A DNA stretch of 45,172 nucleotides from Bacteroidaceae bacterium. Lineage in GTDB: Bacteria; Bacteroidota; Bacteroidia; Bacteroidales; Bacteroidaceae. The position numbers and the translations under genes were made by a program. The notes under the pieces are model-generated. The model was given only the letters and a program-made list of their open reading frames with translations. It was not told where the DNA came from and did no database searches. Of the stretch, positions 1 to 8,095 are shown one piece after another. Location of the stretch: positions 1-45,172 of the forward strand of contig JBGUMY010000294.1 in NCBI GenBank assembly GCA_045117095.1. The letters are read 5' to 3'. How positions within the stretch are numbered: position 1 is the stretch's first letter; the number at the start of each line of letters is the position of its first letter.

Positions 1-1146
1 ACGGGTCCGCGTCGTGAAAAGCTGCTGCTGCACACCACCACCGCCGGACGCATCAAGGAAGGCCCCTACAAGACCAAGTTGGAGCAGGTGGAAGCATCGC
101 TTCTTAATGAAATGCGCTATCCCCTCGGCTCACACATCCGCACCTCCGACGACTACTGGTGTGCCTTCCTGCTCCAGCTCGACAAGTGGGAGCTGACCGA
201 CGACCTCTCGAAGCTCGACGACCCCGAACTGTTCAAGAAGGTGAACCGCTCCATCGGCACCACCGTCCAGCCCACCTACTACCGCGAGCGACTGCACGAA
301 GCGGCAACGGGAACGGAAGACACCAAGCAGGAGGTGCTGACGAAGGACTTTAATATGTGGCAGACGGGCAAGGTGACGAAGTGGATCACCGGCGACCGCA
401 TCCGACCGCTACAGGTGGCGAAACGCATAGAGGATTGCAAGTACATTGACCAGGGGCGCGAGCGTTGGAAGGTGTTCTGCGGCATGGACTTCTCGCACGG
501 CGACGACCTCTACGCCCACGGCTATCTGGCAGTCGATTACCTGCCCTCGAACACCATGCGCGGACGCTTCTTCTTCGACTGCGATGCGTGGGTGCTGGAG
601 AAGACCATGATGGAGAGCCCGAACCGTCCGCTCTATGAGGAATGGGTTGCGGGAGGCTGGCTGAAGGTGTGCCCCGGTGAGGTGTTCGACAGCATCTACA
701 GCGTGAACCGTCTGGGCGAACTGACCGAGCAGGGCGTGAACATCGTCATGTTCAACTACGACCCCGCGCAGAGCGTCCAGCCCATCAACCAACTCAAGGC
801 ATGGCTTCAGACCCTCTTCCAGAAGCAGCGCACCGACCTCTCGGCCAAGGACATTGCCGACATGATTCAGCGCATGGTGGTGCCCATCTCGCAGACCGCC
901 ATGAGTCAGAACCCCATCATCGGCCACCTCGAAGAGATGATCCTTCGCCCCGACCCGTGGATAGAATTTTCGTCAAACCCTCTCATCCCTTGGTGCTTCG
1001 GCAACTGTGCCGTGGAGATGGGCAACAGCGACCTGCGCCGCATCGTGAAGGGCGGTCCCGTGCCGACCCACAAGATAGACATCGTTCACGCGCTGGAAGA
1101 TGCCCTCCACGGGTTTGATATTACCGAGGGGAGGGTGAGTGAGTAA
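1..1146 (+). CDS. terL: Terminase large subunit, C-terminal part (5' end lies outside the window)
   Basis: Frame 1 is open from base 1 (TGPRREKLLLHTTTAG...), so the listed 79..1146 ORF is an edge truncation. Terminase_1-like nuclease-domain landmarks are present: CGMDFSHGDDL, FNYDPAQS, NPLIPWCFGNCAV, THKIDIVHAL. Confidence 0.75.
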   Translation, partial: TGPRREKLLLHTTTAGRIKEGPYKTKLEQVEASLLNEMRYPLGSHIRTSDDYWCAFLLQLDKWELTDDLSKLDDPELFKKVNRSIGTTVQPTYYRERLHEAATGTEDTKQEVLTKDFNMWQTGKVTKWITGDRIRPLQVAKRIEDCKYIDQGRERWKVFCGMDFSHGDDLYAHGYLAVDYLPSNTMRGRFFFDCDAWVLEKTMMESPNRPLYEEWVAGGWLKVCPGEVFDSIYSVNRLGELTEQGVNIVMFNYDPAQSVQPINQLKAWLQTLFQKQRTDLSAKDIADMIQRMVVPISQTAMSQNPIIGHLEEMILRPDPWIEFSSNPLIPWCFGNCAVEMGNSDLRRIVKGGPVPTHKIDIVHALEDALHGFDITEGRVSE

Positions 1147-1160
1147 GAGAACATTGAAAA

Positions 1161-1493
1161 TTGAAAATTAAAGGAACTATGACAGTACAATTTATCTTTA
1201 TGACGATAGCATTTGTGATTATGCTCATCGTCGCCATTCTTCAGCAAAGGAGAATCAAGGAACTGAACAAGAAGTATCACGACCTGTACGATGAAGGCTT
1301 TCAGAAGTACTACGGCTTCGGCAAGGTGTACCGACGCAAGTACAAGTACATGGTCATCGAGAACGCAGGCGACAACCGCACGATGAACGACACGGCGCAG
1401 AAGTACCACGATGAAGGTTACGACCTCGACCGCGAGAAATCAACTGACCGCCTGCTGGTGTTCGTGAAGAGTGAAGAGGTAAAGGAGGGCTGA
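1161..1493 (+). CDS. Small membrane protein, unknown function
   Basis: The ATG is preceded by the conserved TTAAAGGAACT leader. N-terminal hydrophobic helix FIFMTIAFVIMLIVAIL. Confidence 0.6.
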   Translation: MKIKGTMTVQFIFMTIAFVIMLIVAILQQRRIKELNKKYHDLYDEGFQKYYGFGKVYRRKYKYMVIENAGDNRTMNDTAQKYHDEGYDLDREKSTDRLLVFVKSEEVKEG

Positions 1494-1496
1494 CTC

Positions 1497-1835
1497 ATGA
1501 CCATCGATGAACTGAAAGCCATCCCGTTCCACTTCGTATGCAGTGCGGCTTGGGAAGATGAGCACATGCTGACCTACGAGAGCGAGGACGGGAGGCTGGG
1601 ATTCTGCGACCACACACCGAAGCGCAAGAACGGCGACTTCGGCAAGGGCTACCGCCATTGGCATATCGACGGCAAGGTGTATAAGACCAAGGAGAAGTTC
1701 ATCGCGGCACTCGCAGACTTCAACCCGAACGTCCTGCCCATCAGTCACAGACCCTATCAGAACCACGTGGCTCGCATGAAGCATGAGCAGGAAGCGAAAC
1801 CGAAGGCTACCGTCGTGGATATGCCCAAGCGGTAG
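1497..1835 (+). CDS. Hypothetical protein
   Basis: Starts 4 nt after the upstream gene, same strand, no competing ORF. Confidence 0.55.
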   Translation: MTIDELKAIPFHFVCSAAWEDEHMLTYESEDGRLGFCDHTPKRKNGDFGKGYRHWHIDGKVYKTKEKFIAALADFNPNVLPISHRPYQNHVARMKHEQEAKPKATVVDMPKR

Positions 1836-2024
1836 CAAATTCTTTACTCTTCACTCTTCACTTGCGCCCTGAGCGCACGGAGTGGGGACTGATAAGGGCG
1901 AAAGAATAAACAAAGAGAGAAATAAGCAGACTGAAACCTGCTTATTTCTCAAATTATTTACAAAATAAGCGAAAAACGCCCGAAAATCGGGCTTATTTAT
2001 TTTTAATATTCGGAATAAGGAACT

Positions 2025-2402
2025 ATGAACGAGAAAGAGATTATGAACGAGTACGGCGATTGTACCCGCGAACAAATGCTGGCGTATCTGACGAAGATTC
2101 AAAACCTTCAGAAGAAGGCGGCAGGCAAGATGACGGTGGATGTGCATCTGTTGCATGACAGCGGCGCGATATTTGGCGGTGTCGTGCGAGAACCTGAGAT
2201 AAGCATCTGCGTGACGATCATGGACGTGTACGACCATGAGGACTATCAAAAGAGTTGGGACTTGTACCAATTCTATCCCGCTAACAAGAACGATGAACTG
2301 TTTGCCGACTTCAAGAAGGACATCGAGCAATTCATCAAGGACTTCGACAAGGAATGGAAGCGCAGACGCGCCAACTACATTAAACGATACGGAAAGGGTT
2401 GA
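2025..2402 (+). CDS. Hypothetical protein
   Basis: ATG preceded by the AATAAGGAACT leader. ORF on the operon strand. Confidence 0.55.
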   Translation: MNEKEIMNEYGDCTREQMLAYLTKIQNLQKKAAGKMTVDVHLLHDSGAIFGGVVREPEISICVTIMDVYDHEDYQKSWDLYQFYPANKNDELFADFKKDIEQFIKDFDKEWKRRRANYIKRYGKG

Positions 2403-2450
2403 TGTATGTCGGCTCTCTTTTATGTATAACAATTCAAAATTAAAGGAACT

Positions 2451-2987
2451 ATGCACGGATACGCATTCAACATTGGTGACCTGCTGAGAATCAAGCCAGG
2501 CACCATCGACTACATCACAACACCAGCCGACCCTGACAAACACTACACCCACTCGCTGCGGGTAGTGTTCCAATTTTGGGACGGCAAACAAAACGTATAT
2601 GTCGTAACCGCTGAGGACGGCATCACAATGTTCATCATTGAAGATAACGCAGAATTGCAAGAGGCAGCACCCGAAGAGGCACAAATCCCCGACACCGTGG
2701 ACAGCCGACTGCTCGACGAGGACACCTACAACGCACTCCGCAGGCTGGGCATTCTCGACACGTCGGTACGCTCATACAATCGTGGTGCAAGCGACTACTC
2801 GCGCCACATCATCCAGCCGTGGACGATATGGCAGGACTACAACTTGAACCCGTGGGACGCTGACATCGTGAAGCGCATTCTGCGTACCAAGCAGGGCGAC
2901 AGCCGCCGACTGGACTACGAGAAGATTATCCACATCTGCGAGGAACGTATCAGACAAATCGACACGGAGGCGGACGTATTAAATTAA
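2451..2987 (+). CDS. Phage protein with DUF3310-like C-terminal domain
   Basis: TTAAAGGAACT leader. From memory, the C-terminal SDYSRHIIQPWTIWQDYNLNPWDADIVKRILR resembles the DUF3310 phage family. Confidence 0.5.
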   Translation: MHGYAFNIGDLLRIKPGTIDYITTPADPDKHYTHSLRVVFQFWDGKQNVYVVTAEDGITMFIIEDNAELQEAAPEEAQIPDTVDSRLLDEDTYNALRRLGILDTSVRSYNRGASDYSRHIIQPWTIWQDYNLNPWDADIVKRILRTKQGDSRRLDYEKIIHICEERIRQIDTEADVLN

Positions 2988-2994
2988 AGGAACT

Positions 2995-3567
2995 ATGAAA
3001 GAAGAAACGCTAAAAAAGGCAAAGAATTTAGAATGCACTATCGGCGAATATACTGATTTATTACGAAGCAGAAAAGCCGATTACGGGACGATGCTGATTA
3101 AAATATCGTGTGCATACGCCAACAATCATGAAGAGTATTATGGCAGAGTGGCTAAAGAAGTATGGTGCAAAATGCTCGACGTGGTTGAAAACGAGAGAGC
3201 AAAGACCAGGCGCAAGTTGGCCGCTCTTACCGACGATTCGGAAGAAGGTGCAGAGGCAGAAGTAACGGAAGATACTACTGAGGAAACAACACCTAATGAC
3301 GAGTCGGAACCAAAGCAGAAACGCATCAGCATTTGGCGTTGGTTGTTTGCCATGCTGTTCGTCGGATTGATAGTGTTATGCGGCATTCAATTCAAGGCTA
3401 TCCGCAATTACCAGGAGAGTGAAGACGAATGGGTAAGGCTCTCGGAACTATGGCGAGAGAAACTTGACACTTGCATGAATCGCAACGAGCGCATATATAA
3501 CCAGCTCTATGAGTTTCAGGACATTCGTATCAAGCAACTGAAAGAACAACGGGAGAATCAGAAATGA
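2995..3567 (+). CDS. Hypothetical membrane protein (acidic linker, one TM helix, coiled coil)
   Basis: TTAAAGGAACT leader. TM segment WRWLFAMLFVGLIVLCGIQF. Confidence 0.55.
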   Translation: MKEETLKKAKNLECTIGEYTDLLRSRKADYGTMLIKISCAYANNHEEYYGRVAKEVWCKMLDVVENERAKTRRKLAALTDDSEEGAEAEVTEDTTEETTPNDESEPKQKRISIWRWLFAMLFVGLIVLCGIQFKAIRNYQESEDEWVRLSELWREKLDTCMNRNERIYNQLYEFQDIRIKQLKEQRENQK

Positions 3568-3654
3568 CTCAGAACCGCTAACGACCACAGACAATACCTG
3601 CGATGGGCATCCGCAAGGGTGCTCCTCGTTTTGTTATCAAGAATAAAATGAATT

Positions 3655-3939
3655 ATGAGCAAATTTGAAGAATTAAAACACAAGGTAGAGACCTACGAAA
3701 TGATGAAGGCGGTTGCTACTGATTATCGCAAAGCCATAGAATTGATCAACTACGAGAAGGGCCACTTTCATGTTCACGACATCATCTACAGCGCGCGTGG
3801 CGATAGCCGCAAGCTGAATCTCAACTCCTACTATGCACCTATACCGTACACGGTAATCAGGGACGGCCTGCAATCAGCTTTGGATAAGTTGGAGGCAGAG
3901 ATGAGAGAAATGGAGAAAGAGCTGAAAGATTGGTTGTAA
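3655..3939 (+). CDS. Hypothetical protein
   Basis: ORF on the operon strand with helical/charged composition. Confidence 0.5.
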   Translation: MSKFEELKHKVETYEMMKAVATDYRKAIELINYEKGHFHVHDIIYSARGDSRKLNLNSYYAPIPYTVIRDGLQSALDKLEAEMREMEKELKDWL

Positions 3940-3957
3940 TTAAACGAATAAGGAACT

Positions 3958-4326
3958 ATGATTATCGTTAAGACAAGCAATAGCGACCGCTTCATCAATG
4001 AGGCGGAGACGCTACAAGTGATCCACAACAAAGACAAGGCAGAGGTGGAAGTATGGCCGTCGAAGTGGGGCAACCAACCGCATCAGATACAAAACTACAT
4101 CATCGAACATGTGGAATCGGTTATATATACCAACGCGGATCAGACGGTCAAGTACGAGGATAAAGGCTCGGAAGTGGAGGAACTGAAAAATATACTTGAT
4201 AATCGGTTGGAGTGGGGAATGAACTTACAATCAAAGTATATATCAATGTATGATGAGTACATCGGAATGCAAAATGAAATAGCGCGACTGCGTGCAAAGT
4301 TGCGCGACTTCGGTTGTGAGTTGTAA
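3958..4326 (+). CDS. Hypothetical protein
   Basis: AATAAGGAACT leader directly before the ATG. Confidence 0.5.
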   Translation: MIIVKTSNSDRFINEAETLQVIHNKDKAEVEVWPSKWGNQPHQIQNYIIEHVESVIYTNADQTVKYEDKGSEVEELKNILDNRLEWGMNLQSKYISMYDEYIGMQNEIARLRAKLRDFGCEL

Positions 4327-4355
4327 GTAAACCCCTGACGAGGTTTTGAAAGTAT
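4327..4355 (+). promoter_or_regulatory. GTAAAC-N18-AGTAT bipartite motif (copy upstream of the holin-like gene)
   Basis: GTAAAC at 4327-4332, exactly 18 nt, then AGTAT at 4351-4355. The next ATG is 32 nt downstream. Confidence 0.45.
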
Positions 4356-4386
4356 AATGTGTATTAACCCTTAAAACAATAAAAGT

Positions 4387-4560
4387 ATGAGTAAGAAAGT
4401 ATTTGCATTGGTCAGCGGCATCGTGGGTGCCCTTCAGACCATCGGTGTGGCGATCGTGACCTACATCGCCCCAGAAAATGCCACGGCAATCAATTCCGCC
4501 ATCGTTGTAGTGGGTGCTGCCATCATTGAGGTATGCACAAAGTTTGTGAAGCCTGAGTAG
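4387..4560 (+). CDS. Small two-TM membrane protein, holin candidate (57 aa, below the ORF-track cutoff)
   Basis: Hand translation gives MSKKVFALVSGIVGALQTIGVAIVTYIAPENATAINSAIVVVGAAIIEVCTKFVKPE. It has two hydrophobic segments and sits at the head of the lysis cassette. Confidence 0.45.
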   Translation: MSKKVFALVSGIVGALQTIGVAIVTYIAPENATAINSAIVVVGAAIIEVCTKFVKPE

Positions 4561-4561
4561 T

Positions 4562-5206
4562 ATGAAACGACTCGACTCATTGGAAGCCTCTTACCGCTGT
4601 TGCTGGTGGGGCTTCTGGCTTTTTGTTATCCTGCTGGCGGTCGGCTGGCTGACGAGTTGCACCACGACGAAGGTAACTGAAAACGCCCACTCATTATACA
4701 AATCCGACAGCACGCAGATTCAGCGGCTGATCGACACCCGCATAAGGTCGATACAGCAGCAGATGGATTCTGTATGGAGCGAGCGCATGAATCAGTACGT
4801 GTCGCAACAGCAGCAGTCGGAACAACAGCACGAAGTGATCACGGAGACTGTCACAACGACGCTTGATTCTCTTGGGCGAGAGATCAGGCAGGAACAGCGC
4901 ACCATCTCGCGTGACATTAGTCGTGAGCAACAGATTATTGAGCAACGACTGACGCGCGAATTTGAGTCACGTCTGCAAACTGCCATATCTGAACTTGACA
5001 GCAGTTGGCAGTCGCGCTACGATTCTATCCAGGCGGTTACCGTGCGAGAAGACTCTACCAGCGTGGAGAAGACACCAGTCAGCGGCAGTGGTCTAAGTTG
5101 GTGGCAGCAGGCGCGGATTCACCTGGCGAATATCCTACTTTACGGGTTGGTGATCGTTGGAATCATTCTGCTCGGAAAGTGGCATCTGAAAAAACTCAAG
5201 CCGTGA
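4562..5206 (+). CDS. Lipobox-bearing protein with Gln-rich coiled coil and C-terminal TM anchor (unimolecular-spanin-like topology)
   Basis: N-terminal signal ending LTSC, C-terminal TM LANILLYGLVIVGIILLG. Starts 2 nt after the holin-like ORF. Confidence 0.45.
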   Translation: MKRLDSLEASYRCCWWGFWLFVILLAVGWLTSCTTTKVTENAHSLYKSDSTQIQRLIDTRIRSIQQQMDSVWSERMNQYVSQQQQSEQQHEVITETVTTTLDSLGREIRQEQRTISRDISREQQIIEQRLTREFESRLQTAISELDSSWQSRYDSIQAVTVREDSTSVEKTPVSGSGLSWWQQARIHLANILLYGLVIVGIILLGKWHLKKLKP

Positions 5207-5257
5207 GGCTTCATGCCTGCCAGTGATGGTCGGCAAATCTATCATAATTTGAATTTT

Positions 5258-5326
5258 AGCCCGATGGCCTTTCGCATACGACATATTATATACCTCATTG
5301 GCAAAAGATTCATCGGCCATCGGGCT
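5258..5326 (+). terminator. 12-bp perfect inverted repeat with 45-nt spacer followed by a T-run
   Basis: AGCCCGATGGCC (5258-5269) pairs with GGCCATCGGGCT (5315-5326), then TTTT. Confidence 0.4.
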
Positions 5327-5447
5327 TTTCCTTTGATAAGCTCAGGAACCTTTCTAATACTTAGGAAAGGCTGCGATTAAGCGAGAGCAATACCAAATCT
5401 CATTTGAGCATTGCCGAGCGTGAGCAGGCTCACCAATCGGCACGATT

Positions 5448-5477
5448 GGTAAACCCTAAACCCGTTTTTGCGCGAAT
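5448..5477 (+). promoter_or_regulatory. GGTAAAC-N18-CGAAT bipartite motif
   Basis: GTAAAC at 5449-5454, 18 nt, CGAAT at 5473-5477. ATG 5503 is 26 nt downstream. The hairpin CCAATCG-GCA-CGATTGG lies immediately upstream, its 3' arm overlapping the leading GG of the motif. Confidence 0.55.
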
Positions 5478-5502
5478 TATAAAGTTTGATAATTCAGTAA
5501 AA

Positions 5503-6033
5503 ATGGAAATTACATTAGACTCAATCATTGGTATCCTTGGACTGCTGTTCGGTGGCGGTGCCATAGGTGGTATATTCACTTGGCGGTGGCAACGCGCCAG
5601 GGCGAAAGCTGAAGCCAAGGAGAAGGAAGCCGAGGCGAAATCGGCTGAAGTGGAAATGGCGCAGAAGGTGCAAGACACCTATCAGCAGATGCTTGAAGAC
5701 AAGCAGAAGGAGGTGGACGACAACCACCGGCTGATTGCCGAACTTCGCGAAGACCGTGACCATTACAAGCAGGGCTATCTGGAGTTCCGCGAACAGGTGG
5801 ATAAGTTACAGAGAGATTTCAGTAAGTTCCGCAGTGAGACAGAAGACGAGCGTGAGAAGATGAAGCGCGACATCGCCCGAAACGGGCGGCAACTGGAGTG
5901 TCTGCGCCCTTTCCTATGCGGACGGGAAGACTGCGCATTGCGCGTGCCCGTAACCATCTCGCAAGTAGGGGAAATTAGCAAGCCTGACGGCAATAAGGAT
6001 CACCAGGACATCGAACCCTATAACGAAGGATAA
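5503..6033 (+). CDS. N-terminal TM plus long coiled-coil protein (holin- or i-spanin-like lysis accessory)
   Basis: Start moved to the in-frame ATG at 5503 because the listed 5404 start would run through the promoter motif. TM segment IIGILGLLFGGGAIGGIFTW, followed by an EAKEKEAEAK coiled coil. Confidence 0.45.
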   Translation: MEITLDSIIGILGLLFGGGAIGGIFTWRWQRARAKAEAKEKEAEAKSAEVEMAQKVQDTYQQMLEDKQKEVDDNHRLIAELREDRDHYKQGYLEFREQVDKLQRDFSKFRSETEDEREKMKRDIARNGRQLECLRPFLCGREDCALRVPVTISQVGEISKPDGNKDHQDIEPYNEG

Positions 6034-6036
6034 CCT

Positions 6037-6483
6037 ATGAACACCAAAGTAACCATGCACTTCACGATCGAAGAACTTTACGCCTCGAAGACCGCCAAGG
6101 ATAAGGGTATCAACAATATGCCATCTGTGCGCGAGATGGTGAACCTCATATATCTTGCAGCCTACGTGCTGGAGCCCTTGCGCAAGGCGATGGGCGAACC
6201 CATCAAGATTGGCAGCGGCTTTCGCTGTCAGCAGCTGAACAGAGCCGTGGGCGGTGTCTCCAACTCGCAGCACCTCACCGGGCAGGCCGCTGACCTCTGC
6301 ATAGACGGCGACCTGAAGAAGGGCAAGCGGTGGTTTAACTACATCAAAGACCACCTGCCGTTTGACCAGCTCATCTGGGAGCACAACCCAAAGACGGGAT
6401 CGTACTGGGTGCATGTCTCGTTCGTATATCCCGATTTCGGAAAGAACCGTCGAAAGGTGATCAATAACCTGGAGAAGAAATAG
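6037..6483 (+). CDS. Peptidase M15-family (zinc D-Ala-D-Ala carboxypeptidase-like) endolysin
   Basis: SGFRCQQLNRAVGGVSNSQHLTGQAADL ... WVHVS matches the H-x6-D...H metal-site pattern of Peptidase_M15. Position is at the end of the lysis cassette. Confidence 0.75.
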   Translation: MNTKVTMHFTIEELYASKTAKDKGINNMPSVREMVNLIYLAAYVLEPLRKAMGEPIKIGSGFRCQQLNRAVGGVSNSQHLTGQAADLCIDGDLKKGKRWFNYIKDHLPFDQLIWEHNPKTGSYWVHVSFVYPDFGKNRRKVINNLEKK

Positions 6484-6656
6484 TCAGCAATCTTACGTTA
6501 TTATTTATATATCAGTTTTTATGTTAGTAGTTTTTTCATAGTTTAGCATTAATTTTTGAAGTTACAATTTTTAGGTTTTTAGTTATTGGAAAATTCATTC
6601 TATTTTTTCGGATTGCGAGAATTAGAAAAATGAAAGTAATGGTTAGTAGATTATTT

Positions 6657-6685
6657 GGGCTTGCAGCGGCGAGCCCATTTTTTTT
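6657..6685 (+). terminator. Rho-independent terminator
   Basis: GGGCTTGC-AGCG-GCGAGCCC followed by A and T8. Confidence 0.7.
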
Positions 6686-6716
6686 GTGCCTACCATTTTC
6701 CTGACCTCAGGAAAAT

Positions 6717-6746
6717 GGTAAACCCACGACCGCAAAACCCTTTATA
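6717..6746 (+). promoter_or_regulatory. GGTAAAC-N18 motif (weak downstream half, TTATA)
   Basis: GTAAAC at 6718-6723 with the CCACGACC spacer signature. Preceded by the hairpin CCATTTTCC-N8-GGAAAATGG. Confidence 0.4.
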
Positions 6747-6806
6747 GTAAAAAGGGTGCTACCCTTTATAGTAAAAAGGGGGTACCCCGTTTATAGTATA
6801 AACCCT
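6737..6806 (+). repeat. Three 24-nt-spaced hairpin/iteron units (ACCCTTT-ATAGTAA-AAAGGGT x2, plus the variant TTTATAGTATAAAC)
   Basis: Units at 6737-6757, 6761-6781 and 6784-6806. The same triplet recurs at 36663-36730. Confidence 0.8.
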
Positions 6807-6821
6807 AAAAACAGTATTATT

Positions 6822-7400
6822 ATGATCGACTACAAAGGACAGCTTAACATGGGCAACGAGGCCCTACAGAGTGAGAAAACGATTACCGCCAATGAAGTGC
6901 TCCGCACCTGCGACACGAAGGCTCTGGCTCGTGAGATTTCGCATCAGAACGCGCTCATCCCCGAACAGGTGGCAGCAGCCGTGCTGGAGAACTTCTGCAA
7001 GGCAGCAGCAGAGAAGATGGCCGAGGGATTCGCCATCCAACTGAACGCTGGCGACGAGGTGGCCATCCGCATCTTCCCCGACATCCACATCAAGGGCGGC
7101 AATATCAATCTCGCCCGCGCCAAGGAGCTCGACCCGACGGTGACGGAACTGACGGCAGAGAACGCAGGCAGTCTCATCGACAAGGCCGGTGGCGTGACGG
7201 TTCGCGTGCGCTCTACCTGTATGCAGAAGTTCACCGACCTGCTCGACGGCGAGGGCATTCAGGTGAAGCGCGTCGGCATCGAGACCAAGGCCTATGTCGC
7301 CAAGACCGGCAACGGCGACGACGAAGGCGAGGGTGACGACAACACCCAGCAGGGCGGTGGTGACAACAACAACCCACCAAGCGGCGGACTGGAGGGATAA
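6822..7400 (+). CDS. HU-like DNA-binding protein with Gly/Asp-rich tail (Bacteroidota HU-HIG type suspected)
   Basis: Start moved to ATG 6822, downstream of the repeat array. The LAREISHQNALIPEQVAAAVLENF...MAEGFAIQL pattern resembles Bacteroides histone-like proteins. Assignment is from memory only. Confidence 0.4.
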   Translation: MIDYKGQLNMGNEALQSEKTITANEVLRTCDTKALAREISHQNALIPEQVAAAVLENFCKAAAEKMAEGFAIQLNAGDEVAIRIFPDIHIKGGNINLARAKELDPTVTELTAENAGSLIDKAGGVTVRVRSTCMQKFTDLLDGEGIQVKRVGIETKAYVAKTGNGDDEGEGDDNTQQGGGDNNNPPSGGLEG

Positions 7401-7404
7401 AAGA

Positions 7405-7433
7405 GTAAACCCCAAACCATGTTTTTCCCGATT
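7405..7433 (+). promoter_or_regulatory. GTAAAC-N18-CGATT bipartite motif
   Basis: GTAAAC at 7405-7410, 18 nt, CGATT at 7429-7433. It overlaps the hairpin CCCGATTAGTG-N5-CACTAATCGGG plus T-run. Confidence 0.45.
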
Positions 7434-7465
7434 AGTGACAGCCCACTAATCGGGCATTTTTGATA

Positions 7466-8083
7466 ATGGCTGACACAGGTACAATCGAAATCAAAGGACT
7501 CGACGAGCGCATCAAGCAGTTCGGTGAAGCGTCCACGAAGAACCCCATGATGCGGAAACGTATCAATGAGGTGATCCGTGCGATGATGAAGGATGTGCGC
7601 AAAAGGCTTCAGAGCGATGCGCAGAGCGGACTACAGATGAAGGAAGACCCGCGCAAGGCTTACAAAGCCGTGAAGATGGCCGTGTACCGCAAAATCTTCG
7701 GTGGTAACGTCAGCCTCTATTCTCCGAGGAAGGCAGGTACGATGCGTTACTATGAGCCACCGCGTCACCCAGCGCGTCGCGGCGGCAACCGCATGAAGCA
7801 GTCGGATCGCACCCACGACATGATGAGTTACACAGGTGGCGACCGCTGGATGGTGTTGCAGTGGCTCAACAACGGCACGAAGGAAAGATACAGCGGCAAC
7901 GGACGCAACGGTAAGACCGATGCACAGCGCAACGCCTTCATTGAGCGCACAGGCGGACGAGGCAAGCGTGGCAGCATAGCACCGCGCAACTGGTTCGGTC
8001 CCAAGTCCTCTCAGGAACTTATGGCAGCAGCAGCTAACATCGACAAGATGATCGACGACATCGTAGCAGGAATATTGTATTAA
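7466..8083 (+). CDS. Virion-associated protein (HK97 gp10-like tail component suspected)
   Basis: First ATG in the ORF, immediately upstream of the tape measure. Basic, Gly/Arg-rich centre. Confidence 0.35.
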   Translation: MADTGTIEIKGLDERIKQFGEASTKNPMMRKRINEVIRAMMKDVRKRLQSDAQSGLQMKEDPRKAYKAVKMAVYRKIFGGNVSLYSPRKAGTMRYYEPPRHPARRGGNRMKQSDRTHDMMSYTGGDRWMVLQWLNNGTKERYSGNGRNGKTDAQRNAFIERTGGRGKRGSIAPRNWFGPKSSQELMAAAANIDKMIDDIVAGILY

Positions 8084-8095
8084 ACAACAACATAT

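Noticed and set aside
5404-5502. Upstream start for the 5404..6033 ORF
   Set aside because: It would translate through two hairpins and the GGTAAAC-N18-CGAAT motif. The in-frame ATG at 5503 sits 26 nt after the motif and begins directly with the TM helix.
6484-6656. AT-rich 170-nt stretch after the endolysin gene, with scattered GTTAGTAG and AGTTTTT strings
   Set aside because: I found no consistent period, inverted repeat or promoter consensus. It is probably ordinary AT-rich spacer before the terminator at 6657. A tiny ORF at about 6630 runs into the terminator hairpin.
6737-6806. CRISPR array interpretation of the 24-nt-spaced repeats (also 36663-36730)
   Set aside because: There are only three units per locus, the units are separated by 2-4 nt rather than by spacers, and there are no cas genes. 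These are hairpin or operator-type repeats, not CRISPR.
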